Shown: piece after piece, positions 43,364 through 53,312 of the stretch | Layout of the letters: each line of letters opens with the position of its first letter | How positions within the stretch are numbered: the stretch's first letter is position 1 | Source: an uncultured Phycisphaerales bacterium | GTDB lineage: Bacteria > Planctomycetota > Phycisphaerae > Tepidisphaerales > Tepidisphaeraceae | Direction: 5' to 3' | Assembly (NCBI GenBank): GCA_963758525.1 | Contig: CAVWVQ010000003.1 | Span: forward strand, 3,872,001 to 3,936,000 | DNA: 64,000 nt | The notes under the pieces: generated by a model | What the model was told of the DNA's origin: nothing | Seen by the model: only the letters and a program-made list of their open reading frames with translations | The model's database searches: none | Translations under genes and position numbers: made by a program

Positions 43364-45547
43364 CTATTCCTTGGGTGGGTTCGATTGTGAGTCTTGGGCC
43401 GAGAGATCCGATTGGGACTTTTGAAGCCCCGCAATATAGCCAAGCAATAATTCTGCCCGAAACAAGTCGTCTACTTTGCAGGTGTTTAATTCGGTACTGA
43501 CTTCATCAGCCAGCGGCTTCATTTCCCGTGCGTGGCGTAAAGCCTTCTTAATTTCCCAGAACCGTTGCTGTTGGTCCTTTTGCTTGCTTCCGTGCAGAGC
43601 TTCGATACGGTCCGGGTCGCGCACCGTCCTCTTCGCCCATCCGTCGTACGGCTTCCACCGTCGGCAAAGCGTAGCCAGCGCTTTCGCCGGTGAGGCCTGA
43701 GCCATGGTGAACACCTGATTACCCAGCAGGGATGGCGGCACGTCGCCGCCCCGTACGTCCGCACAATAACCTGCATGTACGATGTCCGCCGCCGCGAGCA
43801 ACTGGCCGAGTTTAAATGCAATTTGGCTCATATATATTTCCTTATTACGACCCGATTTGGACAATAGCACGCCCAGCATTGTCACAGTTCGAAGAACCTC
43901 GCGGCGGTCGAATTCTTTGGCCGCGTCGAAACTGCGGCGCAAAGCATGAGCCGCTCGTGAACAAAGAATCGTCCTGCGCGCCAAGACCAGACGAAGGACG
44001 CGCGATGTACGACGGCGTGCCGGAAGCGTCTTAGGCTCTGTGCGGTCAAGGAATAGCGATAGGGCCTCCGCCGCAGGCAAACCGATGACGTCCTCCGCCC
44101 GCGTCCCCCCTTCGATGAAAAGCTGTTTGGTAAACGAGATGACGCCGAGCGGCGGCACGTGAGGAGGCGACATTGGCCGCGGTTTGCGCTCGCCTTGGCG
44201 AAGTACCGGGAGCGTGACCCCCGCCGGCACGTTTCTCTCTCCATCTGACCACCTGACGGCCGAGTCGTACAGGTCGCCTACCGGGGATTCGCCGGAATAA
44301 ATAACCTTGCGATTAGCCGGATCAACTCTACGCAACACTGCAAGCCGTACCGGAGTCTTTCGAAAGTCGGCCCCGGCCCTCCCTTGGATCGACTCAAGAA
44401 GTCGCTCGGTGCGTTTTTCAAACGTCGCAATTGAATCGGGTGGGTTGGCCGCAACCAGAGGCTGTGGCTCTTCCGAAGAAAAGTCCTCCTCGTCGTCTGT
44501 AAGCGTCCCTACTATCGGGGCGTCAGGGAGTGATTCGACGAAGGCTAATAATAGGTCGGTTTGCTTCGGGGCTTCGCCGGGGATTGAACGCCACGTTATC
44601 CCCCGACGTTCCGGGCTTGTAAGCGACTCGGCTGCCGCCGCCAGACAACGCGCCAAGTCTTCTCCGACTTGAATCGTGTCGCTTCCAAATCTGCCGTACC
44701 GATCATTAGCGGGAAGTTGGTCGAAGCGGGAGAATAATGACGTTGGGCCGATGATCGGAAGATTGCATCGCGGAAAAATGTCATCAACGAGGTAGACATT
44801 GTCGCCGGTCAGCGCACACCGTGATTTGGTCCTGTCCGGTGGGCCTGCTGAACCGCCCAAGGCCGTGCCGATTAGTGCGAGGATTCCGCGATCGGTGAGA
44901 CTCAGAGGCCATTCGCCGACCGCGTCTATGTAAATCGCCCCCTTTGCTACAAGCAGGGCGGCAGCAAGGTCAATCCAGTCATCCGAGGCCGTTTCGGTCA
45001 GTCCCTTGATAAGGTGAACTCGAACGGCATCCAAAAAACGGGCAGGGTCGCCCCCGTCTCTGGGGTCGCAGGCCCGAAGAAAGCGCTTCAAAGCGGCGGG
45101 GACAACACGAGCTTGCCCCTCTCGCAGGCTGTCAAGCTGCGCCAATCGCTCGCGCAGCCGCCTCATCGTCCCACCGGTCGCCCACTCGCCGAGTTCCTGG
45201 CGGCGTAGACTGGTTTCTGCAGCGAGATTTAACAAAGTAGCGCGCTGTTCATGCCGCTTCGGCCGCTTTGCCGCTTCTGTCCATTCGTCCCACTTCCGAA
45301 TTGCCACATCATCCAAGAGCGGCTTTATCCGAACGAAAGGGAAACTATTCTTGTTGAAGTCCCTGAGTGTCCAAAGCGGCGCTGTTTTAGGCACCGGCGA
45401 ACCCTTGGCTATGTGGCCATCAGGATTCAGGTACACCCGTAAGGTATCAACGCCTCGGGCGGTTGGCGAGATATCTGGATGGCGCTGCTCGATTTCGATG
45501 CCGGCGTCCCGCGCCCCCCGCTCGGCTATGAGGAATTCGTTTAGCAT
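43364..45547 (-). CDS. cas8c: Divergent Cas8c-like large subunit, with a probable internal-start Cas11 (43364..43831)
   Basis: Lies between cas5 and cas7; MLNEF start; C-terminal AFKLGQLLA...LLLGY resembles the Cas8c tail. Confidence 0.7.
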   Translation of the reverse strand: MLNEFLIAERGARDAGIEIEQRHPDISPTARGVDTLRVYLNPDGHIAKGSPVPKTAPLWTLRDFNKNSFPFVRIKPLLDDVAIRKWDEWTEAAKRPKRHEQRATLLNLAAETSLRRQELGEWATGGTMRRLRERLAQLDSLREGQARVVPAALKRFLRACDPRDGGDPARFLDAVRVHLIKGLTETASDDWIDLAAALLVAKGAIYIDAVGEWPLSLTDRGILALIGTALGGSAGPPDRTKSRCALTGDNVYLVDDIFPRCNLPIIGPTSLFSRFDQLPANDRYGRFGSDTIQVGEDLARCLAAAAESLTSPERRGITWRSIPGEAPKQTDLLLAFVESLPDAPIVGTLTDDEEDFSSEEPQPLVAANPPDSIATFEKRTERLLESIQGRAGADFRKTPVRLAVLRRVDPANRKVIYSGESPVGDLYDSAVRWSDGERNVPAGVTLPVLRQGERKPRPMSPPHVPPLGVISFTKQLFIEGGTRAEDVIGLPAAEALSLFLDRTEPKTLPARRRTSRVLRLVLARRTILCSRAAHALRRSFDAAKEFDRREVLRTVTMLGVLLSKSGRNKEIYMSQIAFKLGQLLAAADIVHAGYCADVRGGDVPPSLLGNQVFTMAQASPAKALATLCRRWKPYDGWAKRTVRDPDRIEALHGSKQKDQQQRFWEIKKALRHAREMKPLADEVSTELNTCKVDDLFRAELLLGYIAGLQKSQSDLSAQDSQSNPPKE

Positions 45548-45560
45548 CGGTTTTTCCCTC

Positions 45561-46274
45561 TCAAGCAACGTCGCTTGTCCACTCGGGCGGCAGTTCGTAG
45601 CGGAGAATGCCGGCGTTTACCCTCACTTCTTGACGGTAGTCGGGGTCGTAGCCACCGTTTACTGGACGGTCCCAAATCCCTAGCAACATCGAGGGAATCT
45701 CCAATGATAATGCCGTATCGACTTCCATTAAATCATTGCGGAAGGGACCCCAATACGAGCAAGTAAATTCGCTCCAGCCCATACATGGAGTTCGGAAACA
45801 TTTGCCGCCCTTTACCCGACGATCGAACAGGTCCTTGAGATAGTGGCGGGTGTTGATTCGGCCTGCTTGACGCCGCCCGATGATAGCTCCGTGGACTCGG
45901 TAACACACATTGCTGAGAACGGTAGCAAAAAGTTGCATGCTGCTGCCGCCGGAAGCAAGACCCTTAGTGAGGACGCTCGTTTTCCGCAAAGGGCCACCGT
46001 AATTCGTCGTGAATCGTTGAAATGAAACTCGGCCACCGGGCTCGCCCACCCGGCGGCATACTTCAACCGTTGTTGGGCAAATCCAAGCCGCGCCGTCAGC
46101 AAGAAATGCAATCGCCTCGAACAACCCTTTAGCCGCCGACCAAGTGGGTACGGCGTAACTCGTTGGCGTGCCGCCGGTGTCTGGCCGTGAAAACATGGCC
46201 AACGGGGCAGCAACTTCCAGTTCAACGGGATATCGCGAAACCATGCGTGGCGCGTCGTCACTGGTCGGTTTCAT
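45561..46274 (-). CDS. cas5: Cas5 (Cas5d-like)
   Basis: LEVAAPLAMFSRPD...SYAVPTWSAAKGLFEAI...GKCFRTPCMGWSEF. Confidence 0.88.
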   Translation of the reverse strand: MKPTSDDAPRMVSRYPVELEVAAPLAMFSRPDTGGTPTSYAVPTWSAAKGLFEAIAFLADGAAWICPTTVEVCRRVGEPGGRVSFQRFTTNYGGPLRKTSVLTKGLASGGSSMQLFATVLSNVCYRVHGAIIGRRQAGRINTRHYLKDLFDRRVKGGKCFRTPCMGWSEFTCSYWGPFRNDLMEVDTALSLEIPSMLLGIWDRPVNGGYDPDYRQEVRVNAGILRYELPPEWTSDVA

Positions 46275-46278
46275 GTTA

Positions 46279-46545
46279 TTAGTTCCCAAGTAATGTGCCG
46301 GGACCCGATCGTGCGGCGAATCCCGAAAATTTTGCGAGCGGTTCCGCAAATCGTGCCAGCGACAGTAGCTCGCCCCAGTCGGCGGCGCCGAATGCCGCTG
46401 CGAACGTTCGGGCGAGCCGAGCGACATGGTCGGCGTGCGCCTCAAGCGTTTCCCACTGCGATTGCGGCTCGCCCGGCAGGCTATGCGCGTAAATCGCGCG
46501 CGGCTCGTTCAAACTGTCTGAATCCTGAGTAGCGGCCCGCGACAT
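46279..46545 (-). pseudogene. cas3: Truncated N-terminus of a second Cas3 (start of the HD domain)
   Basis: IYAHSLPG...WETLEAHADHVARLARTFAAAFGAADWGEL, then WHDL in a shifted frame; ends immediately before cas5. Confidence 0.75.
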
Positions 46546-46690
46546 ATCCCACCTTTTGTTGCAGCGGCGTGTCACCCACGCCGGGGGGATATGGTACGGC
46601 GGATGTTTGGAGTCCAAAAACTATTCGGGAGTTTTCAACAGGGGGCTGGGCCGGAGCGGAGGGGTGGACGGTAGAGAGTCGACTCGACGG

Positions 46691-46794
46691 TGTACTTGTC
46701 CTCGCTTCCCTTTCCGCTTTTAGCCGGCTGGCTCGCGAACCGTGTCCCCACCTGCTGGAAGAGAACGGCTCGCGAGCGAGGCGGCTAAAAGGGG
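46691..46794. repeat. ~100 bp palindromic repeat, copy 1
   Basis: TGTACTTGTCCTCGCTTCCCTTTCCGCTTTTAGCCGGCT...GAAGAGAACGGCTCGCGAGCGAG..GGC.AAAAGGGG; second copy at 48629. Confidence 0.85.
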
Positions 46795-46853
46795 GAATTG
46801 GCGCGAGGATGGGTTATAGTTGTTCTGAGGCTTCATGCTAGAGTCGCGGGACC

Positions 46854-47123
46854 ATGGACAGGGCATTTCGCCGGAACGAGTGGAATCGTGAGCACATCGC
46901 GATTCACGGCGTATTGCCGGAGGAAGCGGAGTTCATCGTCAACCATACCTCACGGCCGTACCCCGAGTTTATTGGCGATGGCAAATGGCGGGTGCGCGGG
47001 CAGACGTTCAGCGGTCGGTATCTGCAGGTGATATTCGTGATCGAGCACGAATGCTATTATGTGATTCATGCGCGGGGCCTGACGGAAAGAGAGCGACGAA
47101 ACTTGCGACGGAGACGCCGATGA
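46854..47123 (+). CDS. BrnT/DUF497-like toxin
   Basis: NEWNREHIAIHGVLPEEAE...GQTFSGRYLQVIF...VIHARGLTERERR. Confidence 0.75.
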   Translation: MDRAFRRNEWNREHIAIHGVLPEEAEFIVNHTSRPYPEFIGDGKWRVRGQTFSGRYLQVIFVIEHECYYVIHARGLTERERRNLRRRRR

Positions 47124-47413
47124 CGAAGAAAAAGAAACGGTGGTCCGAACTGACCGCCGGGGAACTCGCTGCCGCGACGAAGGAATTCGACGATCCGAAT
47201 TATCAACCTGCGGCGGTACGCCCTTCAAAGAAAGACGTTGCCTCGCTTCGGCGTGTACAGCGAAAATCCGTCAGCGATGGCTTTCGCGTCGGAGTCGCGC
47301 TGGAGCAGGCGCTGATCGATCAGGCCGACCAATATGCGCTGGATCATGGAATGACCTTTTCCGATCTGGTTGGTACGGCCCTTCGCCGCCTGATGCGAAA
47401 GCGGTCGGCATAG
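47120..47413 (+). CDS. Putative antitoxin (C-terminal ribbon-helix-helix-like)
   Basis: ATGA overlap with the toxin; LIDQADQYALDHGMTFSDLVGTALR. Confidence 0.65.
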   Translation: MTKKKKRWSELTAGELAAATKEFDDPNYQPAAVRPSKKDVASLRRVQRKSVSDGFRVGVALEQALIDQADQYALDHGMTFSDLVGTALRRLMRKRSA

Positions 47414-47440
47414 TTGCCGACAAACAGGGGAGGCGGCTCC

Positions 47441-48454
47441 ATGGCCGACATCCGCGTTGCTCGATTGTTGCGGCTCATCACCCTCCTGCGCGCGCGGACC
47501 GCGCCAACTTTGATAGAGTTCGCACGCGAGTTAGAGGTGTCCACGCGGACGATCTACCGCGATCGCAGGGCGCTGGAGCACGCGAACATTCCCTGCCGTT
47601 TCGACAAGGAAATCGGCGGATACCGTCTCGGCGAGGATTTCTTTCTCCCGCCGGTGCAGCTCACGCTCGGCGAGTCGATGGCGCTGTCGGTGCTGGCGTC
47701 GCAGCTTGCCGGGCGAAAGCAGATTCCGTTCCTGGAGGATGCCTGGCGGGCGGTCACGAAGGTGCGGAGCCAGCTTCCGGCGGCGATTCGCGAGGAGCTG
47801 GCGGGGTCCGATGGAAATGTGCGGGTGGAGGGGACGCGGGTTTCGCCACAGAGCGGATGCGAGCCGCATTTTGAGATGTTGCGGCGGGCCATCGCGTCGA
47901 AGCGAAAGGTGCGATGCGCGTACGAGGGAGTGAAGCACGGCAAGGCGGCGTTTTTGTTTTGGCCATACGCGCTATTCTTCTGTCAGCGGGCGTGGTACGT
48001 GATCGGCCATAGCGAGAGTGCCGACGCGGAGCGGTCACTGAAACTCAATCGGCTGAGCAAAGTGGAGCCGACCGAGCGGCCCTTCGCGATCCCGGACGGC
48101 TGGACCCTTGAAAAGAGCTTTGGGAAAGCCTGGCGGATGATGCGCGGCGGCCGGCTGTTCCAGGTTAAAATCCAATTCGACGGCGAGTTCGGTCGCAACG
48201 TCGCGGATACGCTCTGGCATGCCACGCAACGAATCACTTGGGCGGGCGGCGTCTGCCTGTTCGAGTGTGAGGTCGACGGCTTGGATGAGATTATCTGGTG
48301 GGTGCTGGGCTATGGGCATCACGCCCGCGTGCTCGCGCCTCCGGAGCTGGTGGAGCGCGTCGCCAAATCGGCGGAACTGGTGGGGAAGCAATACCGCGGG
48401 CGGGCAGAGGGCCCGCCCAAGAGAAGTCGGGAGAAGGTGCTGGTGCCAAGCTAA
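47441..48454 (+). CDS. WYL-domain HTH transcriptional regulator (YafY/PafB-like)
   Basis: ELEVSTRTIYRD HTH; PYALFFCQRAWYVIGH...LKLNRL; WVLGYG. Confidence 0.92.
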   Translation: MADIRVARLLRLITLLRARTAPTLIEFARELEVSTRTIYRDRRALEHANIPCRFDKEIGGYRLGEDFFLPPVQLTLGESMALSVLASQLAGRKQIPFLEDAWRAVTKVRSQLPAAIREELAGSDGNVRVEGTRVSPQSGCEPHFEMLRRAIASKRKVRCAYEGVKHGKAAFLFWPYALFFCQRAWYVIGHSESADAERSLKLNRLSKVEPTERPFAIPDGWTLEKSFGKAWRMMRGGRLFQVKIQFDGEFGRNVADTLWHATQRITWAGGVCLFECEVDGLDEIIWWVLGYGHHARVLAPPELVERVAKSAELVGKQYRGRAEGPPKRSREKVLVPS

Positions 48455-48628
48455 GCGGGGGCAATCAAAACTTTACGGAGATGACACGGGAAAGCCATGG
48501 GGGGCATCCAATTGCAGAATGGCATTTCTGCCGTCCAACTCTACGTCCGAAATGGACCGGCGCGCGCCACGACCTTCGAGCCGCCGGGTGCCACCATACT
48601 CAGATGAAACGACCTCCAACCTCTACGA

Positions 48629-48731
48629 TGTACTTGTCCTCGCTTCCCTTTCCGCTTTTAGCCGGCTTGCTTGCGAGCCGTCTTTCCATATTCAGAAGAG
48701 AACGGCTCGCGAGCGAGCCGGCAAAAAGGGG
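48629..48731. repeat. ~100 bp palindromic repeat, copy 2
   Basis: Direct-orientation copy of 46691..46794. Confidence 0.85.
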
Positions 48732-48857
48732 AAGGACCTTTCGCGAAGACGCGGGCTGCAATCTCCCAGCTCCCGCGCGAATCTGGGAAGAGGGAACACG
48801 AATCTGCACGAATCTTCACGAATGAGACGAAGGAATTTGCTTCGTGAAGATGACCAC

Positions 48858-49120
48858 GGCGCTGCCTCGCTTCGCTGGGCCGCAACCAAAACGAAGAGCC
48901 GCGAAGACGCGAAGACGCGAAGAGAGACGCGAAGGTAAGAAAATCAAAAATGCGGGATCGAAGCCCAAGGAATTGCGCCTTCGGGTTTCAGGTGCAATTG
49001 AATTGTCTTCCTTCGCGTTTGTCTTCGCGTCTTCGCGTCTTCGCGGCCCTTGATCTTTTGGCTGATCGCCTGCCCGGGAAAATTTGCGCAGCGCGCGAAG
49101 ATCTCAATGGGTTGTGACAC
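48858..49120. repeat. Solo copy of the core of the 28-29 kb repeat unit
   Basis: Near-identical to 29188..29450, including the alternative tail GATCTTTTGGCTGATCGCC...GGGTTGTG. Confidence 0.92.
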
Positions 49121-49280
49121 GGATGGCAATCCGTTGGCTTTGGGAGATTCACAATCGGACTCAGCTTTGTAAGGGGGTGAAGAAGAGATCCGCCATGGCG
49201 GGGGAGCTGCGGTGCCCGCGGTGGCGGGGGAACTGCGTCACGGAGCGGAGGAATGAGGAGTGTTTGTCGGCGGGTTACGC

Positions 49281-49910
49281 TCAGGGGATCGCTTGCGCGA
49301 TCGCTGCGACGGCTTGGGCGAGAGTGGAGAGGGCGTGTTTGGAATTTCTTGCGAGGCGGCGAGCGATGGGCCAGGAGCGGGGGCGAAGGAGCATGTCGCG
49401 GGCGATGACGGCGGGGCGGGGAGTTCCCATCTGGTCGATCCAGTGCAAAATCATCGGGTCCAGCTCATCTTCGGCAGTGTCACTGACGCTCCGAATGCCG
49501 ATAAACGGGATTGCCAGCGAGCGTGCGGCGGCGCGGACGAGCGACTGCTCCATGTCGACGGCAGCGGCGCCGGTTTGAGCGAAGAGGAGTTTCTTCGCGT
49601 CAGGGGTGGTCACCAGTGCGACGCTGCTGTGAATGTTGCCGCGGCGAAGGGAGCGGGTGTTCCAGGGGAAAGACTCGTCGCAGTCGACGATGATGTCGCC
49701 GATCTGGAGGGAAGGGTCCAACGCGCCGGCCAGGCCGGCCAGGATGATGCATCGGATCGGCTGCAACGGGGCCAGGTCGGGCAGGCGGGCGGCGCGGATG
49801 CCGATGGTTCGGAATTGGACGTTTTGCGATGTTGAGGTGGGAATCGCGGCTTTGATGGCTTTGGACTCGTTGTGCAAAGCCGTGAGGACTAAGAGTTTAG
49901 GATTTGTCAC
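49281..49910 (-). CDS. Nucleoside phosphorylase-like protein (HpnG-like)
   Basis: GLAGALDP, AVDME, IRSVSD; divergent from hpnH. Confidence 0.75.
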   Translation of the reverse strand: MTNPKLLVLTALHNESKAIKAAIPTSTSQNVQFRTIGIRAARLPDLAPLQPIRCIILAGLAGALDPSLQIGDIIVDCDESFPWNTRSLRRGNIHSSVALVTTPDAKKLLFAQTGAAAVDMEQSLVRAAARSLAIPFIGIRSVSDTAEDELDPMILHWIDQMGTPRPAVIARDMLLRPRSWPIARRLARNSKHALSTLAQAVAAIAQAIP

Positions 49911-50014
49911 GCGGGCGAATTGTAACCGGAGTGGGGGGAAGTTAAGCTTTTGACCCTTTCGGGGTGTTTGAATGAACTCCTGCGGGTGCGCGCGGGAAAA
50001 GCGAAGGATTGTCA

Positions 50015-51157
50015 ATGGGTGTGCCGGTATCGCAAATGTGGACGGTTGCCAGTTACGTGGTGAGCCAAAAGCTGGCGGGGCGCAAGCAGTACCCTCTGGT
50101 GCTGATGCTCGAGCCGCTGTTCCGCTGCAACCTGGCATGCGCGGGGTGCGGGAAGATTCAGTACCCGGCCCACGTGCTCAAGAAGAACCTTTCGCCCGAG
50201 CAATGTTTCAAGGCGGTGGACGAATGCGGCGCGCCGATGGTGAGCATTCCCGGGGGCGAGCCGTTGCTGCATCCGCAGATCGATGAGATCGTGCGCGGCC
50301 TGGTGGCGCGCAAGAAGTATGTCTATCTGTGCACGAACGCGTTGCTGCTCAAGGAGAAGCTGCACCTGTTTGAGCCGAGCAAGTATCTGACATTCAGCGT
50401 TCACATGGACGGGCAGAAGGAGCATCACGATTTCAGCGTCTGCCGGGAAGGGGGGTACGAGATTGCCGTTGAGGGAGTGAAGGCGGCGATCGCCCGCGGG
50501 TTCCGGGTGACGACGAATACGACGCTGTTCGATGGAACCGATCCGAACAGCGTCAGAGCGTTTTTCGATGAGATGATGGAGCTGGGCGTCGAGGGGATGA
50601 TGCTCTCGCCGGGGTACAGCTATGACAAGGCTCCGGATCAGGAGCATTTTCTGGGCCGGGCGAAAACGCGGCGGCTGTTCACGAAGATTCTGAGCAACCG
50701 GAAGAAGTCGTGGCGGTTTAATCAGAGCCCGCTGTTCCTGGAATTTCTCATGGGCAAGCGGCAATATCGCTGCACGCCCTGGGGGATGCCGACGTACAAC
50801 GTTTTTGGGTGGCAGAAGCCGTGCTATCTGCTGCAGGACGGATATGCCGACACGTTTGCCGAGCTGATGGAATCCACGCAGTGGGACCAATACGGCACGG
50901 AGAGCGGCAATCCCAAGTGCGCGAACTGCATGGTGCACAGCGGCTACGAAGCCAGCGCGGTCGACGACACTTTCACGTCGATCGGCGGGTTGCTGGGCGC
51001 GGCGAAAGCGACGCTGTTTGGTGGGAGATACAGCAATCCCGAGGCGATGGAATCGCTGGCGGAAGAGCCGATGCCGCATGCGCCGGCGGCGAAGTTGGTT
51101 TCGCTGACGATGCGAGGGGTGAAGTCGGCGGAGAAGAGGGAAGGCGTGAGTGTGTGA
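50015..51157 (+). CDS. hpnH: Adenosyl-hopene transferase, radical SAM
   Basis: [39 protein letters not shown]. Confidence 0.95.
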   Translation: MGVPVSQMWTVASYVVSQKLAGRKQYPLVLMLEPLFRCNLACAGCGKIQYPAHVLKKNLSPEQCFKAVDECGAPMVSIPGGEPLLHPQIDEIVRGLVARKKYVYLCTNALLLKEKLHLFEPSKYLTFSVHMDGQKEHHDFSVCREGGYEIAVEGVKAAIARGFRVTTNTTLFDGTDPNSVRAFFDEMMELGVEGMMLSPGYSYDKAPDQEHFLGRAKTRRLFTKILSNRKKSWRFNQSPLFLEFLMGKRQYRCTPWGMPTYNVFGWQKPCYLLQDGYADTFAELMESTQWDQYGTESGNPKCANCMVHSGYEASAVDDTFTSIGGLLGAAKATLFGGRYSNPEAMESLAEEPMPHAPAAKLVSLTMRGVKSAEKREGVSV

Positions 51158-51354
51158 GGGGGAGGAAGTTTGGGAGGAGCGTGGCGCGGGGAGCCTGGGG
51201 GGTTACGGGGCGCGGTGTTGCGGGGGGGGCCGGCGCGGTGTTGCGGGGGGCGGCGCGGGTTGCGGGGCATCGCGCGCGGCCCTTCGGGCGGCCGCTAAAC
51301 GGGGGAGGGAAGCATTCTGACGCAGCTTTCGGGATCGATTGGGAAGGAGTGATT

Positions 51355-51783
51355 GTGCCGCAGGAAACGAAGGGTCGGCCGTTTGACGTGGAGGGGGCGG
51401 AACATGCGCCGGGGTTTGTTCACGAACAGCTTGAAGGAACGATTCCGGCGCTGGCCAGCGAGGACGAAATCCGCCTGGCGCTGGAGAAGGCTTTTGACTA
51501 TCGCGGGGATGTGACGATCGGGCTCAAGGATGGGAGCGAGATCGAGGGTTATATCTTCGATCGTCGCAGCAATGGGCCGGCGTTGGCCGAGTGCATCGTG
51601 CGGCTGTTCCCCAAGGATCGTGACGAAAAGATCAGCGTTCGCTACAGCGACATCGCACGGCTCGCGTTCAGCGGCCGCGATACGGCGGCGGGGAAAAGCT
51701 TCGAGACGTGGGTGAAGAAATATCAGGAAAAGAAAGCCGCCGGCGAGAAGAACATCGGGCTGGAGCCAGAGAAGCTCGATTGA
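51355..51783 (+). CDS. Conserved hypothetical protein
   Basis: AAGGAG RBS; ALEKAFDYRGDVT...GRDTAAGKSFETWVKKY. Confidence 0.7.
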   Translation: MPQETKGRPFDVEGAEHAPGFVHEQLEGTIPALASEDEIRLALEKAFDYRGDVTIGLKDGSEIEGYIFDRRSNGPALAECIVRLFPKDRDEKISVRYSDIARLAFSGRDTAAGKSFETWVKKYQEKKAAGEKNIGLEPEKLD

Positions 51784-51847
51784 TTCCGATTGAATGCGGT
51801 GGATTCCGTGCGATGGGGTAAGTTTGATTGGGATGCCGAGCGCCGTT

Positions 51848-51900
51848 GGTGCTCGAAATCACCCTCACCCTGGCCCTCTCCCGGCGTACCGGGAGAGGGG
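51848..51900. repeat. REP-like CCCTCTCCC...GGGAGAGGG hairpin; relatives at 14354-14405, 52975-53012 and 62322-62352
   Basis: Near reverse complement of 14354..14405. Confidence 0.75.
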
Positions 51901-52041
51901 ATCAGAGGGCGCCTTCTGCGGAGTACAGGGAGCGAGGGATCGGAGGAAGTTCGGCGCTCATCAGGTTGCGCCCGACGTCGAGATCGACGGCAGCACGCGG
52001 GGATCGGAGGGAGTCGGCCGCTCATTGAAGGTTACACGTAC

Positions 52042-52905
52042 GTGGAGGCGTTGCTGCATCTCGATCTTGACGGAGCCTGGCCGGCTGATGCGCTGCCGAT
52101 CCGGACGATCGATTTTCGGGAATGGGGGCCTCGATTGCGGTACATCACGCGAGAAGATGATGTGCGCGATTTTTCGCGGGAGCTGCTGGCGCAAGACGCG
52201 CGTTTTTTTCTCTACGGCTCGGGGGACTTTCACCATCTGTCGGCGATGTTAGTGCGCCGTGCCCAGGAGGCGGCGCGACGCCCGATTCGAGTCGTTTGTT
52301 TCGACAATCATCCCGACTGGGACGTTCGTCCGCCGCGCTGGGCATGCGGCGGGTGGGTGAACCGCGCGCTGGAGTGCGCGGGTGTGGAGCGGGTGAGCGT
52401 CTGGGGGTGCGGCAACTTTGAAATGGATCGTCCCAACCGCTGGTTCCGCAATCGCGAGGCGCTGCGCTCCCGACGACTTGAGATCTTTCCGTGGTCCGAG
52501 CGGCAGTCGTCGGCGGCAGCCAAACGTTTTCGCGGAGTCTCCCGAGATCACTGGCGCGGGGATTTCGAGCGCTTCGCCGATGAGCAGAAGGGCACGCCGT
52601 TGTATGTGACGGTCGACATGGATTGTCTTCGCGCAGAAGATGCTGTGACGGATTGGGAGGCCGGTTTGTTCAGCGCCGAGGATGTCGCGTGGGCCATCGG
52701 CCGGTTGGGAGAATCGACGACGGTGAACGGCGGAGATGTTTGCGGCGCCTCGTCGCCTCAGGTTTACGCGGGGGCGTTCCAGCGTCTTGCGGGGTGGTGG
52801 GATCATCCCAAGTCCGGGCTCATCAATCTTGAGCGGGCGCGGGCGGTGAACGTCGGGTCTCTGAGGATCATCTGGCCGGCGCTCACGCGGGACTGGGATT
52901 CGTGA
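52042..52905 (+). CDS. Arginase/ureohydrolase-fold protein
   Basis: GSGDFHHL, FDNHPD, VTVDMDCL, GGDVCG. Confidence 0.75.
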   Translation: MEALLHLDLDGAWPADALPIRTIDFREWGPRLRYITREDDVRDFSRELLAQDARFFLYGSGDFHHLSAMLVRRAQEAARRPIRVVCFDNHPDWDVRPPRWACGGWVNRALECAGVERVSVWGCGNFEMDRPNRWFRNREALRSRRLEIFPWSERQSSAAAKRFRGVSRDHWRGDFERFADEQKGTPLYVTVDMDCLRAEDAVTDWEAGLFSAEDVAWAIGRLGESTTVNGGDVCGASSPQVYAGAFQRLAGWWDHPKSGLINLERARAVNVGSLRIIWPALTRDWDS

Positions 52906-53117
52906 GCGGCCGGGGGTCGGTGCGGGAGGGTCAGGGCGTGACAGGTCATGAGCGTGCTGACAACGCAGCCCGCTCCCACGCCGGCCCTCGCCCGGAGTAC
53001 CAGGGGAGGGGGAAGAGGCGGCCCGGAGAGGATGCGCACCATCATGGCGTGCTGGGAAAGCCGCGCGCGCGACGGCGGGTGTCACTTTGCATTGTGGCGA
53101 TTGCGGATCTTGCGATG

Positions 53118-53185
53118 GTAGGGCGGGATTTTATCCCGCCGTTTTCTCGGCCGGCCAATAGATCGGCGGGATGAATCCCGCCCTA
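53118..53185. repeat. Inverted REP-like pair with GTAG heads
   Basis: GTAGGGCGGGATTTTATCCCGCC...GGCGGGATGAATCCCGCCCTAC. Confidence 0.75.
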
Positions 53186-53312
53186 CTCGGAGCCGATCGT
53201 AGTTTCGAGCGCCACACCCCGCGCCGCTCCCGACGGCCGTGAAAGCGGGAGAACCTGCGATTTTTGCAGGCGTATTTGCTAGAATCCCTGGCTGACTGAA
53301 TCGGAGTTGAGC

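Noticed and set aside
51158..51310. G-rich stretch as a G-quadruplex or regulatory element
   Set aside because: Low-complexity sequence in a GC-rich genome with no supporting evidence.
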